From IMG/VR virus record IMGVR_UViG_3300021961_000020: a stretch of DNA of 64,000 bases; one strand, written 5' to 3'. How positions within the stretch are numbered: the first letter of the stretch is position 1; each line of letters opens with the position of its first letter. The notes beneath the pieces are model-generated. The model ran no database searches. It had not been told where the DNA came from and saw nothing but the letters and a program-made list of their open reading frames with translations. Shown one piece after another: positions 63,977 to 64,000 of this stretch. This stretch comes from a virus. The translations under genes were made by a program, and so were the position numbers.

Positions 63977-64000
63977 AATCTAACCTCTTTTTAATATCTT

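Overview
This is a 64 kb segment of a T4-like cyanomyovirus genome, most likely infecting marine Synechococcus (psbA+psbD, hli, petF, cp12, phoH and T4 gp numbers). Nearly all genes are on the minus strand. Left to right: exported hypothetical proteins, a CN-hydrolase, tRNA-Leu(TAA) and a small-ORF patch. Then the baseplate/tail module (gp5, cp12, M23 peptidase, gp51, gp26, gp54, gp4, gp2-like, gp48, gp53), a carbamoyltransferase, and the gp32/gp33/exonuclease/phoH/thyX block, with no recognisable gp59 in its usual slot. Next come a small-ORF region with a tandem glutamine-II-riboswitch-like leader, glutaredoxin and a 1649-aa subtilisin-tipped fibre protein. An ADP-heptose + 2x carbamoyltransferase + GT9 cluster abuts tail-fibre genes. 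The photosynthesis AMG island (psbD, psbA, halogenase, peroxiredoxin, 2 hli, petF, OMP) follows, then a ~10 kb glycan cluster (GT25, 2x GT4, GT8-like, CgeB-like GT, FkbM MTase, GT6, GT11, fcl, sugar C-MTase, gmd). Best leads: a riboswitch-like RNA whose second stem encloses an entire ORF, two self-contained glycan-decoration pathways (carbamoyl-heptose; methyl-fucose/ABO-like), a protease-armed fibre, an orphan Phd-like antitoxin, and a triple-layered psbA promoter. All calls come from motif recognition by eye; no searches were run.
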